In this document: piece by piece, positions 8,690 to 23,119 of the stretch
Layout: each line of letters begins with the position of its first letter
How positions within the stretch are numbered: position 1 is the first letter of the stretch
Origin: Halalkalibacterium halodurans
Lineage (GTDB): Bacteria > Bacillota > Bacilli > Bacillales > Bacillaceae_D
Direction: 5' to 3'
Assembly (NCBI RefSeq): GCF_004376175.1
Contig: NZ_SNUY01000047.1
Location: 1,214 to 33,213 of the forward strand
DNA: 32,000 nucleotides
Program-made: the position numbers and the translations under genes
Notes under the pieces: generated by a model
Seen by the model: the letters and a program-made list of their open reading frames with translations, nothing else
Told to the model about the DNA's origin: nothing
The model's database searches: none

Positions 8690-9229
8690 ATGGTTTCTTT
8701 TTTCATGGAGCATGCGCTGACGATGATCTTGATTATTCTCATTATCAATGTCGTGTATGTCACCCTTTTTACAGTGCGAATGATTTTCACCTTAAAAAAT
8801 CAACGTTATCTAGCGGCTACTGTTAGTATGATTGAGATTATTGTTTACGTACTTGGATTAAGCCTTGTGCTGGACAACTTGGATCGTATTGAAAATTTAA
8901 TCGCGTATGCGGTCGGCTATGGAATCGGTGTAATCACTGGGATGAAGGTGGAAGAGAAGCTAGCCCTCGGTTATATTACGGTCAATGTGATTACGAAGGA
9001 GTATGAGCCGGACATTCCGAATACGTTGCGTGATAAAGGCTACGGAGTGACAAACTGGGTTGCCTATGGGCGGGAAGGAGAGCGGCTCATGATGGAGATC
9101 CTCACCTCTCGTAAATCGGAAGCTGACTTGTATGCCACGATTAAAAAGCTGGATCCAAAAGCATTTATTATTTCCCATGAGCCGAAAACATTCTTTGGCG
9201 GATTTTGGGTCAAAGGGATTCGGAGGTAA
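8690..9229 (+). CDS. yebE: UPF0316 / DUF2179 membrane protein.
   Basis: 179 aa, with N-terminal TM helices and a C-terminal soluble domain. RBS GAGGGA lies 6 nt upstream of the ATG. Its position two genes upstream of purE matches B. subtilis yebE-yebG-purE synteny as I remember it. Confidence 0.8.
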   Translation: MVSFFMEHALTMILIILIINVVYVTLFTVRMIFTLKNQRYLAATVSMIEIIVYVLGLSLVLDNLDRIENLIAYAVGYGIGVITGMKVEEKLALGYITVNVITKEYEPDIPNTLRDKGYGVTNWVAYGREGERLMMEILTSRKSEADLYATIKKLDPKAFIISHEPKTFFGGFWVKGIRR

Positions 9230-9231
9230 CG

Positions 9232-9429
9232 ATGACAAAAAAGAAGAAGCAGCGATTTGAAGTCGGTGAGCATGAAACGATTGCCGAATGCTTGGCGCGA
9301 ATGGAAAAGGCGGGATATGTACCTATTAGACGAATGGAAAAGCCCGTTTTTGAGGAGAAAAGCATAGGTGGCAACAAGGAGTACGCCCCTGTCCGCCAGC
9401 AAATTGTTTTTGAAGGGCAATTGAAGTAA
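9232..9429 (+). CDS. yebG: Small NETI-motif protein.
   Basis: 65 aa starting MTKKKKQRFEVGEHETIAECL. GGAGG lies 5 nt upstream of ATG 9232. The track's 9205 start overlaps yebE and lacks an RBS. Synteny places it directly before the pur leader. Confidence 0.75.
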   Translation: MTKKKKQRFEVGEHETIAECLARMEKAGYVPIRRMEKPVFEEKSIGGNKEYAPVRQQIVFEGQLK

Positions 9430-9472
9430 AAACGAACATTGATATATAGAAAACAAATATTGTTCGAGTTTT
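9428..9472. promoter_or_regulatory. Pair of inverted PurBoxes (PurR operator) upstream of the pur promoter.
   Basis: AAAAACGAACATT (9428-9440) and, on the other strand, AAAACTCGAACAATATT (9457-9472). Both contain the CGAAC core of the B. subtilis PurBox consensus (AWWWCCGAACWWT). They sit immediately upstream of the -35 element. Confidence 0.7.
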
Positions 9473-9473
9473 G

Positions 9474-9502
9474 TTGACAAGATAAGCATTTGCCTGTAAG
9501 AT
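9474..9502 (+). promoter_or_regulatory. Sigma-A-type promoter of the pur operon.
   Basis: TTGACA (9474-9479), a 17-nt spacer, then TAAGAT (9497-9502). It lies about 45 nt upstream of the riboswitch aptamer. Confidence 0.6.
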
Positions 9503-9549
9503 TAACGTACATTGAGTTAAATTACGAAAAACGTTCTTTATATAAAGTA

Positions 9550-9618
9550 CCTCATATAATCTTGGGAATATGGCCCAAAAGTTTCTACCTGCTGACCGTA
9601 AATCGGCGGACTATGGGG
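9550..9618 (+). promoter_or_regulatory. Guanine-class purine riboswitch aptamer (purE leader).
   Basis: CCTCATATAATCTTGGGAATATGGCCCAAAAGTTTCTACCTGCTGACCGTAAATCGGCGGACTATGGGG. P1 is CCTCATA/TATGGGG. Conserved elements are J1/2 UAUAAU, L2 AAUAUGG, J2/3 GUUUCUAC and L3 CCGUAAA. P3 is 7 bp, CTGCTGA/TCGGCGG. The specificity position before UAUG is C, which indicates the guanine type. Confidence 0.9.
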
Positions 9619-9646
9619 AAAGATTTTGGATCTTCTGCTTTTGAAT

Positions 9647-9686
9647 AAAGGCGTGCCGACCAAGTTAGTAGGTTGCGTTCTTTTTT
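9647..9686 (+). terminator. Probable expression-platform terminator of the purine riboswitch.
   Basis: Imperfect stem (AAAGGCGTGCCGACC ... GGTTGCGTTC) followed by TTTTTT at 9681-9686. The pairing contains a bulge and G-U pairs, so the boundaries are approximate. Confidence 0.5.
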
Positions 9687-9780
9687 ATGTTCAAAAAGCG
9701 CGGAATGAGCGATCTTTCTCTAAGGAATTCGCTTGTCCTGCGCTATTTTTATTTCAAGGGAGAATACAGGAGGGTTAGTC

Positions 9781-10266
9781 ATGGAGCCAGTCGTTGGCGT
9801 CATCATGGGAAGTACATCCGATTGGGAGACGATGCAGCACGCATGTGAAATACTCGAAGAATTAGAGGTACCGTACGAAAAAAAAGTCGTGTCAGCCCAC
9901 CGTACACCTGATTTAATGTTTCAATATGCAGAAACCGCACAGGAACGCGGGTTGAAGGTGATTATCGCAGGTGCTGGAGGAGCTGCTCATCTTCCAGGGA
10001 TGGTAGCGGCCAAAACGGTCGTTCCTGTCATTGGGGTGCCGGTTCAATCAAAGGCACTGAACGGGCTTGACTCATTACTTTCAATCGTACAAATGCCGGG
10101 CGGTGTTCCGGTTGCGACCGTTGCGATTGGAAAAGCTGGAGCCACAAACGCGGGGCTACTGGCGGCGCAAATGATCGGTGCCTTTGATCATCAAGTGGCT
10201 GAGCGAGTTCGCCTGCGCCGTGAAAAAGTGGAACAAGCTGTGCTGGAAAGTAGTGAATCGCTATGA
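9781..10266 (+). CDS. purE: N5-carboxyaminoimidazole ribonucleotide mutase.
   Basis: [18 protein letters not shown]... with [22 protein letters not shown] lies upstream of ATG 9781. The track's TTG 9733 start is an extension into the leader. Confidence 0.95.
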   Translation: MEPVVGVIMGSTSDWETMQHACEILEELEVPYEKKVVSAHRTPDLMFQYAETAQERGLKVIIAGAGGAAHLPGMVAAKTVVPVIGVPVQSKALNGLDSLLSIVQMPGGVPVATVAIGKAGATNAGLLAAQMIGAFDHQVAERVRLRREKVEQAVLESSESL

Positions 10267-11402
10267 CGATCATTGAACCTGGAAAGACGATAGGTATCCT
10301 TGGTGGCGGTCAGCTAGGACGGATGATGGCGCTAGCAGCTCGAGCGATGGGCTATCGCATCGCCGTGCTGGACCCTAATCCAGATGGGCCATGTGCCCAA
10401 GTGGCTGATGTGGTGATTGAAGCCGCGTACGATGACATGGAAGCTGCGAAAAAACTCGTCAGTGTATCAGATGTGGTCACATATGAGTTTGAAAATGTGA
10501 ACTTAGACGTAGCCAATTATATTGAACAAAAAGGCTGCTTACCGCAAGGGGCGAACTTGTTGCGAGTCACTCAGCATCGGGCGGTCGAAAAAGAGACCAT
10601 AACTACTCTCGGTTTACCTGTCGCACCGTACAAATATGTAAACGAAGCGCCTGATTTTATCGAACTGGCACAAACAATTGGCTTTCCAGCCGTGTTAAAA
10701 ACGTGCCGGGGTGGCTATGATGGCAAAGGCCAACGGGTTGTTCGTACGGTCGATGAGCTCAAAAGCGCTTACGATGAATTGAAGCTAGCTGGGGAACTCG
10801 TGTTGGAGGCTTGGGTACCATTTGACAAAGAAATCTCTGTGATCGTCGCCCGAAACGAGCGAAATGACACGAAAACATTCCCGGTAGCGGAAAACATTCA
10901 CGAGGCGAATATTCTTCACCAGTCGATTGTTCCAGCAAGGATTGGGGATGATCTGAGAGATAAAGCCGAGCAGCTTGCGATTCGCTTAGCGGAAGGGCTA
11001 AATTTAATCGGTACGCTCGCCGTGGAAATGTTCGTCACAACGAGTGGGGACATTTATATTAACGAACTTGCCCCGCGCCCGCACAATTCGGGACACTACA
11101 CGATTGAAGCCTGCGAAACATCACAGTTTGAACAGCACGTTCGTGCCATCTGTGGTTGGCCTCTAGGTCATGTAGGACTGTATAAACCAGTTGTGATGGG
11201 GAATTTATTAGGAGAGCACTTACCTGGTGTCTTGAATGAAATCAGTGAGATGAAGGATGCGAAACTCCACCTTTATGGAAAGGCGGAAGCCAAAGAAAAA
11301 AGAAAAATGGGGCATATCACCGTCCTTGCTGATGATCTGAACAGAGCCATTGACCGGGTAGGACAGATCCAAGAAAAGGCTTGTGCTAAAATAGGCTCGT
11401 AG
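10263..11402 (+). CDS. purK: N5-CAIR synthase (ATP-grasp).
   Basis: 379 aa with [16 protein letters not shown] overlap with the purE stop. Confidence 0.95.
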   Translation: MTIIEPGKTIGILGGGQLGRMMALAARAMGYRIAVLDPNPDGPCAQVADVVIEAAYDDMEAAKKLVSVSDVVTYEFENVNLDVANYIEQKGCLPQGANLLRVTQHRAVEKETITTLGLPVAPYKYVNEAPDFIELAQTIGFPAVLKTCRGGYDGKGQRVVRTVDELKSAYDELKLAGELVLEAWVPFDKEISVIVARNERNDTKTFPVAENIHEANILHQSIVPARIGDDLRDKAEQLAIRLAEGLNLIGTLAVEMFVTTSGDIYINELAPRPHNSGHYTIEACETSQFEQHVRAICGWPLGHVGLYKPVVMGNLLGEHLPGVLNEISEMKDAKLHLYGKAEAKEKRKMGHITVLADDLNRAIDRVGQIQEKACAKIGS

Positions 11403-11435
11403 AAACGACAAATTTGGAGTGGAGGCTGTAAATCA

Positions 11436-12737
11436 ATGATTGAACGGTATACTCGTCCTGAGATGGGAGCAATTTGGACAGAAGAAAATCGCTATCAGGC
11501 ATGGCTAGAAGTAGAGATTGTTGCCTGTGAAGCATGGGCGGAGCTTGGAGAGATTCCGAAAGAGGACGTAAAGAAAATCCGCGAACATGCCAGCTTTGAT
11601 GTGGAGCGAATTTTGGAAATTGAGCAGGAAACTCGCCACGATGTGGTGGCGTTTACCCGTGCAGTATCCGAAACGCTAGGAGAAGAGAGAAAATGGGTTC
11701 ATTATGGGTTAACGTCAACAGATGTCGTAGATACAGCGCTATCCTACTTGCTGAAGCAAGCAAATGAAATTATTGAGGCCGATCTTGTCAGATTTCTTGA
11801 CATCTTAAAAGAGAAGGCATTAGAGCACAAGTATACGGTAATGATGGGACGGACACATGGCGTTCACGCAGAGCCTACTACGTTCGGGTTAAAGCTCGCT
11901 CTCTGGTATGAAGAAATGAAGCGCAACCTTGAGCGTTTTCGTCTTGCAGCAGAAGGCGTTCGTGTTGGTAAGCTTTCAGGAGCGGTCGGAACGTACGCAA
12001 ACATTGATCCATTTGTAGAGCAGTATGTTTGCGAAAAGCTAGGTCTTGAGCGGGCTCCAATTTCAACGCAAACACTTCAACGGGATCGCCATGCAGAATA
12101 TATGGCGACGTTGGCCCTTATCGCCACTTCGATTGAGAAGTTCGCTGTTGAAATTCGCGGGTTGCAAAAATCTGAAACGAGAGAAGTAGAGGAATATTTT
12201 GCGAAGGGACAAAAAGGGTCATCGGCTATGCCACACAAGCGCAATCCGATTGGATCTGAAAATATGACAGGGATCGCCCGTGTCGTCCGCGGCCATATGC
12301 TTGCGGCCTATGAAAATGTTCCCCTTTGGCATGAGCGGGACATTTCCCATTCCTCTGCTGAACGGATCATTTTACCAGATGCGACGATTGCTATTAATTA
12401 CATGTTAAACCGATTCGGAAACATCGTGAAAAACTTAACCGTATTCCCTGAAAACATGAAGCGTAATATGACACGTACGTATGGTCTTATCTACTCGCAA
12501 AGAGTGTTGCTTTCTTTGATCGACAAAGGGATGGTACGGGAAGAAGCATACGATCTTGTCCAACCGAAGGCAATGGAAGCGTGGGAAAAAGGCGTTCAGT
12601 TCCGTGAATTGGTTGAGCAAGAGGAACGGATTACGTCTGTTTTATCACCTGAAGAAATAGAAGCATGCTTTGACTACAACCACCATTTAAAACATGTGGA
12701 CACGATCTTTGAGCGTCTCGGCTTAACAAACGAATAA
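11436..12737 (+). CDS. purB: Adenylosuccinate lyase.
   Basis: 433 aa of the fumarase/lyase family, with [11 protein letters not shown] signature. RBS GGAGTGGAGG. Confidence 0.95.
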   Translation: MIERYTRPEMGAIWTEENRYQAWLEVEIVACEAWAELGEIPKEDVKKIREHASFDVERILEIEQETRHDVVAFTRAVSETLGEERKWVHYGLTSTDVVDTALSYLLKQANEIIEADLVRFLDILKEKALEHKYTVMMGRTHGVHAEPTTFGLKLALWYEEMKRNLERFRLAAEGVRVGKLSGAVGTYANIDPFVEQYVCEKLGLERAPISTQTLQRDRHAEYMATLALIATSIEKFAVEIRGLQKSETREVEEYFAKGQKGSSAMPHKRNPIGSENMTGIARVVRGHMLAAYENVPLWHERDISHSSAERIILPDATIAINYMLNRFGNIVKNLTVFPENMKRNMTRTYGLIYSQRVLLSLIDKGMVREEAYDLVQPKAMEAWEKGVQFRELVEQEERITSVLSPEEIEACFDYNHHLKHVDTIFERLGLTNE

Positions 12738-12760
12738 AGGGGCAGGTAGCTGCCCTTTTT
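12736..12760 (+). terminator. Terminator-like GC hairpin plus T5 inside the pur operon (purB-purC gap).
   Basis: AAAGGGGCAG-GTAG-CTGCCCTTTT. The core is 6 GC-rich bp, extendable to 10 bp, followed by TTTTT. It begins inside the purB stop codon. Confidence 0.6.
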
Positions 12761-12794
12761 CAATGATTCCCAATCTTCCAAAGAAGGTGAAATT

Positions 12795-13508
12795 ATGGAA
12801 AAGCATGACCTTTTATATGAAGGTAAGGCAAAGAAAATTTATCGGACCGACGAAGAAGGGCTCCTTTGGGTCGAGTATAAAAATAGCGCGACCGCTTTCA
12901 ACGGGGAGAAGAAAGCTTCAATCGAAGGGAAAGCTCGATTGAACAATGAAATCTCCTCGCTCATTTTCTCCTATCTCAAGGAACAGGGAGTCGACTCTCA
13001 TTTCGTCAAACGCTTATCAGAAACGGAACAGCTCATCCATCAGGTGACGATTATCCCCCTTGAAGTGGTCGTCCGAAACGTGATCGCCGGTAGCTTGGCG
13101 AAACGGATCGGAATCGAGGAGGGCACACCGTTAGAAAAACCGTTAGTCGAGTTTTACTACAAAGATGACGATCTAGGTGACCCCCTTGTCACAGAGGATC
13201 ATATTGCGATTTTGCAAGCAGCGACGAAAGAACAAGTAGACATTTTGAAAGTGAAGGCGATCGTAGTGAATGATGCGCTCACGACTTTCTTTGCAGGAAT
13301 CGGGGTAAAGCTCGTTGACTTCAAGCTAGAATTTGGCGTAACAGCAGATGGTGCCATTTTACTAGCGGATGAAATCTCCCCAGATACATGCCGATTATGG
13401 GATGCGAAGACTGGAGAGCGATTTGATAAAGATTTATTTAGACGAAATCTAGGAAACTTGCAAGACGGCTATGAACAAATTTTAACGCGAATTGAACAAA
13501 AGGCGTAA
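12795..13508 (+). CDS. purC: SAICAR synthetase.
   Basis: 237 aa starting LLYEGKAKKIY. RBS AAGAAGGTGA. Confidence 0.95.
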   Translation: MEKHDLLYEGKAKKIYRTDEEGLLWVEYKNSATAFNGEKKASIEGKARLNNEISSLIFSYLKEQGVDSHFVKRLSETEQLIHQVTIIPLEVVVRNVIAGSLAKRIGIEEGTPLEKPLVEFYYKDDDLGDPLVTEDHIAILQAATKEQVDILKVKAIVVNDALTTFFAGIGVKLVDFKLEFGVTADGAILLADEISPDTCRLWDAKTGERFDKDLFRRNLGNLQDGYEQILTRIEQKA

Positions 13509-13537
13509 CGCGCCGAAATTGAAATAGGAGGCTCATC

Positions 13538-13792
13538 ATGTACAAAGTAAAAGTATATGTCACCCTGAAAGAAAGTGTCCTCGATCCTCAAGGGAGTGCC
13601 GTACAAAAATCACTTCATGCATTATCATTCACAGAAGTGAACGAGGTTCGAATTGGAAAATATATGGAGTTAACATTAGAAAAAGGAGAAGGCGATCTTG
13701 ACGAGCGTATCCATGACATGTGTCAAAAGCTCCTCGCCAACACCGTGATTGAAGATTATCGCTACGAAGTGGAGGAGGTTATCCCGTCATGA
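13538..13792 (+). CDS. purS: FGAM synthase, PurS subunit.
   Basis: 84 aa beginning [28 protein letters not shown]. Confidence 0.93.
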   Translation: MYKVKVYVTLKESVLDPQGSAVQKSLHALSFTEVNEVRIGKYMELTLEKGEGDLDERIHDMCQKLLANTVIEDYRYEVEEVIPS

Positions 13793-14472
13793 AGTTTGCT
13801 GTCATCGTATTTCCAGGATCCAACTGTGACGCTGACATGTATCATGCCGTGAAAGACGCTTTAGGTGAAGAGGTCGACTACCTTTGGCATACTGAAACGA
13901 GCGTTGAAGGCTATGATGCGATTTTACTACCTGGGGGTTTCTCATACGGTGACTACCTCCGTTCAGGCTCCATCGCTCGCTTTTCTCCGATTATGGAGGA
14001 TGTGATTCGCGCGGCGAACGAAGGCGTCCCTGTGCTCGGCGTGTGCAACGGATTTCAAGTATTGTTAGAAGCAGGGCTCCTGCCTGGCGCGATGCTTCGC
14101 AACGAAAAGCTGACGTTTATTTGTAAACCGGTTGAGCTTGAAGTACAAAACAACGACACTTTCTTTACCTCAGAGTATGAGCAAGGGGAAACGATTACGA
14201 TTCCAGTAGCCCATGGAGAGGGGAACTATTATTGTGATGATGAAACACTCAAGCAGCTTGAGGCGAACAACCAAGTCGTGTTTCGCTATACCGATCGTGT
14301 GAATGGCTCACGTAACCACATTGCCGGCATCGTCAATAAAGCAGGTAATGTTTTAGGTATGATGCCACACCCAGAGCGAGCAGTCGAGCAGCTTGTGGGC
14401 GGCGAAGACGGTCTGCGCTTATTTAAATCGATTTTACGAAATTGGAGGGAATCCCATGTCGTTACACCGTGA
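13789..14472 (+). CDS. purQ: FGAM synthase, glutaminase subunit.
   Basis: 227 aa. Catalytic GVCNGFQ and a MMPHPER motif. ATGA overlap with purS. Confidence 0.95.
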   Translation: MKFAVIVFPGSNCDADMYHAVKDALGEEVDYLWHTETSVEGYDAILLPGGFSYGDYLRSGSIARFSPIMEDVIRAANEGVPVLGVCNGFQVLLEAGLLPGAMLRNEKLTFICKPVELEVQNNDTFFTSEYEQGETITIPVAHGEGNYYCDDETLKQLEANNQVVFRYTDRVNGSRNHIAGIVNKAGNVLGMMPHPERAVEQLVGGEDGLRLFKSILRNWRESHVVTP

Positions 14473-16687
14473 ACCTACGGCAATCGAAGTGAAAGAACAG
14501 AAAATTTACCGAGAAATGGGCTTAACTGATGAGGAGTTTGCCCTTGTTGAATCCATTCTTGGACGCTTGCCGAACTATACGGAGACGGGACTTTTCTCCG
14601 TCATGTGGTCAGAGCACTGTAGCTACAAAAATTCGAAAGTGCTACTGAAAAAATTCCCGATTGATGGCGATAAGGTGCTTCAAGGACCTGGAGAAGGTGC
14701 GGGGATCATTGATATTGGCGACGAACAAGCAGTCGTATTTAAAATTGAGAGCCATAATCATCCATCGGCGATTGAGCCATACCAAGGAGCAGCAACAGGC
14801 GTTGGTGGGATATTGCGAGATGTGTTTTCCATGGGGGCTCGTCCAATTTCGTTACTAAACTCATTACGTTTCGGAGAATTGACATCACCGAAAGTCCGCT
14901 ATTTATTTGAAGAAGTTGTCGCTGGAATTGCCGGCTATGGAAACTGTGTTGGAGTCCCAACAGTTGGCGGTGAAGTGCAGTTTGACCCATGCTATGAAGG
15001 AAATCCCCTCGTGAATGCGATGTGTGTCGGGTTGATCGACCATAAAGATATTCAAAAAGGGCAAGCAAAAGGTGTTGGCAACACGGTCATGTACGTCGGT
15101 GCAAGCACGGGCCGCGATGGAATTCACGGTGCTACGTTTGCTTCTGAGGAATTAAGCGAAGCTTCGGAAGAGAAGCGTCCAGCTGTCCAAGTGGGCGATC
15201 CGTTCATGGAGAAGCTCCTCCTTGAAGCGTGTCTTGAACTTATCAAATCAGATGCCCTTGTTGGAATTCAAGACATGGGTGCCGCTGGGTTAACGTCATC
15301 TTCAGCGGAGATGGCAAGTAAAGCAGGCTCCGGTATTGAGATGAATTTGGATCATGTTCCTCAGCGTGAAAAAGGAATGACGCCATACGAAATGATGCTT
15401 TCCGAGTCGCAAGAGCGCATGCTAATCGTCGTCAAAAAAGGTCGAGAGCAAGAGATTAAAGATATCGTTGCCCATTGGGGATTACATGCAGTTGAAGTTG
15501 GTCAAGTGACCGACGATAAGAAGTTGCGCCTTCTACACAAAGGCGAAGTTGTCGCCGATGTTCCAGTTGATGCGTTGGCAGAGGATGCACCTGTCTATCA
15601 TAAACCGTCGAAGGTTCCTGCGTATTATGAAGCGTTCCAAAGCGAGAAAACGCAATGGATTCCAACAATCGCAGAAGTGAAAGATACGTTGCTGTCCCTT
15701 TTACAGCAGCCAACGATCGCCAGCAAAGAGTGGGTTTACGAGCAATACGACTACATGGTTCAGACAAATACGGTCGTAAGTCCAGGCTCGGATGCGGCAG
15801 TGGTACGGATTCGCGGAACGAAAAAAGCATTAGCAATGACAACGGACTGTAACTCTCGCTACCTTTTCCTTGACCCAGAAGTAGGTGGAAAGATTGCCAT
15901 CGCTGAAGCAGCCCGCAATATCGTCTGCTCAGGCGGCGTTCCGTTAGGAGTGACAGATTGCCTGAACTACGGAAACCCTGAGAAACCAGAAATTTTCTGG
16001 CAGCTAGAGAAATCAACAGATGGGATGAGTGAAGCTTGTCGTGAGTTAGGAACACCAGTCATCGGCGGGAATGTGTCGCTTTATAATGAAACGAACGGTG
16101 TCGCCGTGTATCCAACACCCGTTATCGGCATGGTCGGTCTTATTGAAGATGTGGGCCATATTACGACTCAAGCCTTCAAAAAAGCAGGCGACTTGATTTA
16201 TGTAATCGGCGAAGCGAAAGCTGAATTCGGTGGTAGTGAATTGCAAAAGTTAGTGAACGGCGAAATTTCAGGAAAAGCACCAGCTATTGATTTAGCGGTT
16301 GAGAAGAAAAGACAGGAGCAATTGCTTGAAGCGATTCGAGCAGGTGCTGTCGCTTCTGCCCATGATATAGCAGAGGGTGGCCTAGCTGTTGCGCTAGCGG
16401 AGTCCATGATGGGAGAAGCTGTAGGTGCGGATGTTGTCATTGATGGTGAATGGACGACGGAATTGTTTGCAGAATCTCAGTCTCGTTTCCTAGTCTCTGT
16501 TCCGAAAGAGAAGCAAGCCATTTTTGAATCATTAGTGGAGGACGCGATTCATCTTGGGCAAGTGACAGACCATCCTCAATTAAACATTCAGGATGTAAAC
16601 GGCGCTCAAGTCCTGCAAGCGAGTGTAAATGAAATGCTCGAAGCTTGGAAAGGAGCTATCCCATGTTTGCTGAAATCAAAGGCTTAA
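14456..16687 (+). CDS. purL: FGAM synthase, large subunit.
   Basis: The start MSLHREPT at ATG 14456 has GGAGGGA just upstream. The track's 14393 start is an in-frame extension inside purQ. It has an [15 protein letters not shown] motif and overlaps purQ by 17 nt. Confidence 0.95.
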   Translation: MSLHREPTAIEVKEQKIYREMGLTDEEFALVESILGRLPNYTETGLFSVMWSEHCSYKNSKVLLKKFPIDGDKVLQGPGEGAGIIDIGDEQAVVFKIESHNHPSAIEPYQGAATGVGGILRDVFSMGARPISLLNSLRFGELTSPKVRYLFEEVVAGIAGYGNCVGVPTVGGEVQFDPCYEGNPLVNAMCVGLIDHKDIQKGQAKGVGNTVMYVGASTGRDGIHGATFASEELSEASEEKRPAVQVGDPFMEKLLLEACLELIKSDALVGIQDMGAAGLTSSSAEMASKAGSGIEMNLDHVPQREKGMTPYEMMLSESQERMLIVVKKGREQEIKDIVAHWGLHAVEVGQVTDDKKLRLLHKGEVVADVPVDALAEDAPVYHKPSKVPAYYEAFQSEKTQWIPTIAEVKDTLLSLLQQPTIASKEWVYEQYDYMVQTNTVVSPGSDAAVVRIRGTKKALAMTTDCNSRYLFLDPEVGGKIAIAEAARNIVCSGGVPLGVTDCLNYGNPEKPEIFWQLEKSTDGMSEACRELGTPVIGGNVSLYNETNGVAVYPTPVIGMVGLIEDVGHITTQAFKKAGDLIYVIGEAKAEFGGSELQKLVNGEISGKAPAIDLAVEKKRQEQLLEAIRAGAVASAHDIAEGGLAVALAESMMGEAVGADVVIDGEWTTELFAESQSRFLVSVPKEKQAIFESLVEDAIHLGQVTDHPQLNIQDVNGAQVLQASVNEMLEAWKGAIPCLLKSKA

Positions 16688-18084
16688 ACGAAGAATGTGG
16701 TGTGTTTGCGATTTGGGGTCATGAAGATGCGGCACAAGTAGCTTATTACGGCTTGCACAGCCTCCAACATCGCGGGCAAGAAGGCGCTGGAATCGTTGTG
16801 ACAGATGGCCATCAACTGTCGGTTCACAAAGGACTCGGTTTAGTTAATGATGTCTTTAATCCTGATATTTTTGATTCGTTAAAAGGGAAAGCAGCTGTCG
16901 GTCACGTTCGCTATGCGACGGCAGGAGGCGGGGGCTATGCTAACGTTCAGCCCCTTGTCTTCCGTTCACAGATTGGTAGCCTTGCGATCGCCCATAACGG
17001 AAATCTCGTCAATGCGAACCATTTAAAAAATCAATTGGAGAATCAGGGAAGTATTTTTCAATCAACGTCCGATACAGAAGTGCTCGCCCATCTCATTAAG
17101 CGAAGCGGATATCACCATATTCGGGAGCAGTTGAAAAGCTCGCTCTCCATGCTTAAAGGAGCCTATGCCTTTGCGGTGATGACGGAACGTGAGCTCATGG
17201 TCGCACTTGATCCGAATGGTTTGCGCCCCCTTTCCATCGGTCGATTGGGAGAAGCCTACGTCGTTGCCTCTGAAACATGTGCCTTTGACGTCATCGGTGC
17301 TGAATATGTGCGTGAAGTGGAGCCTGGGGAGCTCGTGACGATTAACGACGACGGTCTTACGTCAGAGCGGTTTGTAGGCGAAGCGGCCCGTGCCATTTGT
17401 AGCATGGAGTATGTTTACTTCGCACGTCCTGATAGCAACGTGGACACGATCAATGTTCATACAGCTCGGAAAAATTTAGGGAAGCAACTCGCGATTGAAG
17501 CTCCAGTAGAAGCAGATGTCGTGACGGGAGTACCTGATTCCAGTATCTCAGCGGCGATTGGTTATGCTGAGCAGTCAGGGATTCCGTATGAGTTAGGCTT
17601 AATCAAAAATCGCTATGTAGGACGAACGTTTATTCAGCCGTCCCAAGCGTTGCGCGAACAAGGAGTCAAGATGAAGCTTTCCGCTGTACGTGGAGTTGTG
17701 GAAGGAAAGCGTGTCGTTATGATTGATGACTCCATCGTACGTGGGACGACGAGCCGGCGAATTGTCAATATGCTGCGTGAAGCGGGAGCGAAAGAGGTGC
17801 ATGTTCGCATTAGTGCGCCACCGATTAAGCATCCGTGCTTTTATGGGATCGATACGTCAACAAAAGAAGAGTTAATTGCAGCCACTCATTCGATTGAAGA
17901 GATGCGCAAGCAAATGGGGGCAGACTCGTTATCCTTTTTAAGCTTAGAAGGTCTTGTCAAAGGGGTTGGCCGTTCAAATGAAGTGTCTTCATGCGGACAA
18001 TGTTTAGCGTGCTTTACCGGGCAATACCCAACGGAAATTTATCCTGATACACTTCATCCACACGACAAGCTTTTACCGGTATAG
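16663..18084 (+). CDS. purF: Amidophosphoribosyltransferase (Fe-S type with an N-terminal propeptide).
   Basis: [20 protein letters not shown]. This is an 11-residue propeptide before the catalytic Cys, as in B. subtilis PurF. C-terminal Fe-S cysteines [20 protein letters not shown]. It overlaps purL by 25 nt. The track start 16645 is an extension. Confidence 0.95.
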   Translation: MFAEIKGLNEECGVFAIWGHEDAAQVAYYGLHSLQHRGQEGAGIVVTDGHQLSVHKGLGLVNDVFNPDIFDSLKGKAAVGHVRYATAGGGGYANVQPLVFRSQIGSLAIAHNGNLVNANHLKNQLENQGSIFQSTSDTEVLAHLIKRSGYHHIREQLKSSLSMLKGAYAFAVMTERELMVALDPNGLRPLSIGRLGEAYVVASETCAFDVIGAEYVREVEPGELVTINDDGLTSERFVGEAARAICSMEYVYFARPDSNVDTINVHTARKNLGKQLAIEAPVEADVVTGVPDSSISAAIGYAEQSGIPYELGLIKNRYVGRTFIQPSQALREQGVKMKLSAVRGVVEGKRVVMIDDSIVRGTTSRRIVNMLREAGAKEVHVRISAPPIKHPCFYGIDTSTKEELIAATHSIEEMRKQMGADSLSFLSLEGLVKGVGRSNEVSSCGQCLACFTGQYPTEIYPDTLHPHDKLLPV

Positions 18085-19697
<1,613 letters not shown>

Positions 19698-19711
19698 GGA
19701 GAGAGTCACAC

Positions 19712-22630
<2,919 letters not shown>

Positions 22631-22648
22631 CAAAATCACTCCTTATGT

Positions 22649-22691
22649 AAAGGGGGCTGAATCCTAATATTAGGATCTGCCCCCCTTTTTT
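22649..22691 (+). terminator. Long GC-clamped hairpin plus T6. This is the pur operon terminator, and it looks leaky in the minus direction.
   Basis: AAAGGGGGC-TGA-ATCCTAATATTAGGAT-CTG-CCCCCC followed by TTTTTT. It contains a perfect 16-bp palindrome at 22661-22676. On the minus strand only TTT follows the stem. Confidence 0.8.
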
Positions 22692-22692
22692 G

Positions 22693-22971
22693 TTACATGA
22701 AAGGCTTAGACTGCTCCTCGTCATGCTCACAATGTTCGCATTCTTCGTCAGCGTACTCATCGTAAAACCCATAGTCGTTGCGTTCAAGAAAATAGGTCAT
22801 TGGGCAAAAGCGTGTGATTCCTTCGGCTGTTTTCATCGCACCTGCCATCGCTGTCATGATAAGGCAAGGGTGATTGGGCCGCTTTACCATTCGAGCACTA
22901 GACCATGCGAGGGTCGTTAACCCGACCGTAATCCGTACTAAAGCATTTACTCTTCCGATATTTGGATACAT
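22693..22971 (-). CDS. DUF2892-like (YgaP-type) small membrane protein with an acidic Cys/His-containing C-terminal tail.
   Basis: The start MYPNIGRVNALVRITVGL has GGAGAGGAG upstream. The track's 22989 start would bury the RBS. The N-x-G-x-x-N-x-x-V-R-I...G...CP-x-x-Y pattern recalls DUF2892. The tail is YDEYADEECEHCEHDEEQ. Confidence 0.6.
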   Translation of the reverse strand: MYPNIGRVNALVRITVGLTTLAWSSARMVKRPNHPCLIMTAMAGAMKTAEGITRFCPMTYFLERNDYGFYDEYADEECEHCEHDEEQSKPFM

Positions 22972-23119
22972 GCTAGGACTCCTCTCCAATGGTCATCATT
23001 CTGTCAAAATATTTTCAATTAATTTGTAATAAATTTTCACATCTTTAATGAGTTAAACCATAAATATATGGTACGATAGGTTCAACACAATCTTTTGCAA
23101 AGTTGGATGGGTGATGTGA

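Noticed and set aside
9064-9512. 141-aa and 100-aa minus-strand ORFs over yebE/yebG and the pur promoter.
   Set aside because: They would run through the PurBox/promoter region and lie antisense to genes with good RBSs. The peptides look like low-complexity AT-rich translations.
9733-9780. N-terminal extensions offered by the ORF track: purE at TTG 9733, purL at 14393, purF at 16645, the MOSC gene at 5903, bpsB at 7778, yebG at 9205, the HD gene at 30669, and the DUF2892-like gene at 22989.
   Set aside because: In each case an internal ATG is preceded by a proper Shine-Dalgarno sequence at 5-13 nt and matches the conserved N-terminus of the family. The extension overlaps the upstream gene or leader, or would bury the RBS.
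15456-16055. 199-aa minus-strand ORF antisense to purL, plus similar 60-117-aa antisense ORFs inside purH, purD, purM, purB and others.
   Set aside because: They are embedded in highly conserved pur coding sequence. They have no RBS and no domain-like motifs. They are shadow ORFs.
23057-23072. ACCATA-AATA-TATGGT inverted repeat upstream of the yerA-type gene, as a possible operator.
   Set aside because: It has only 6-bp arms in a very AT-rich spacer, so it could easily arise by chance. There is no second copy elsewhere in the window.
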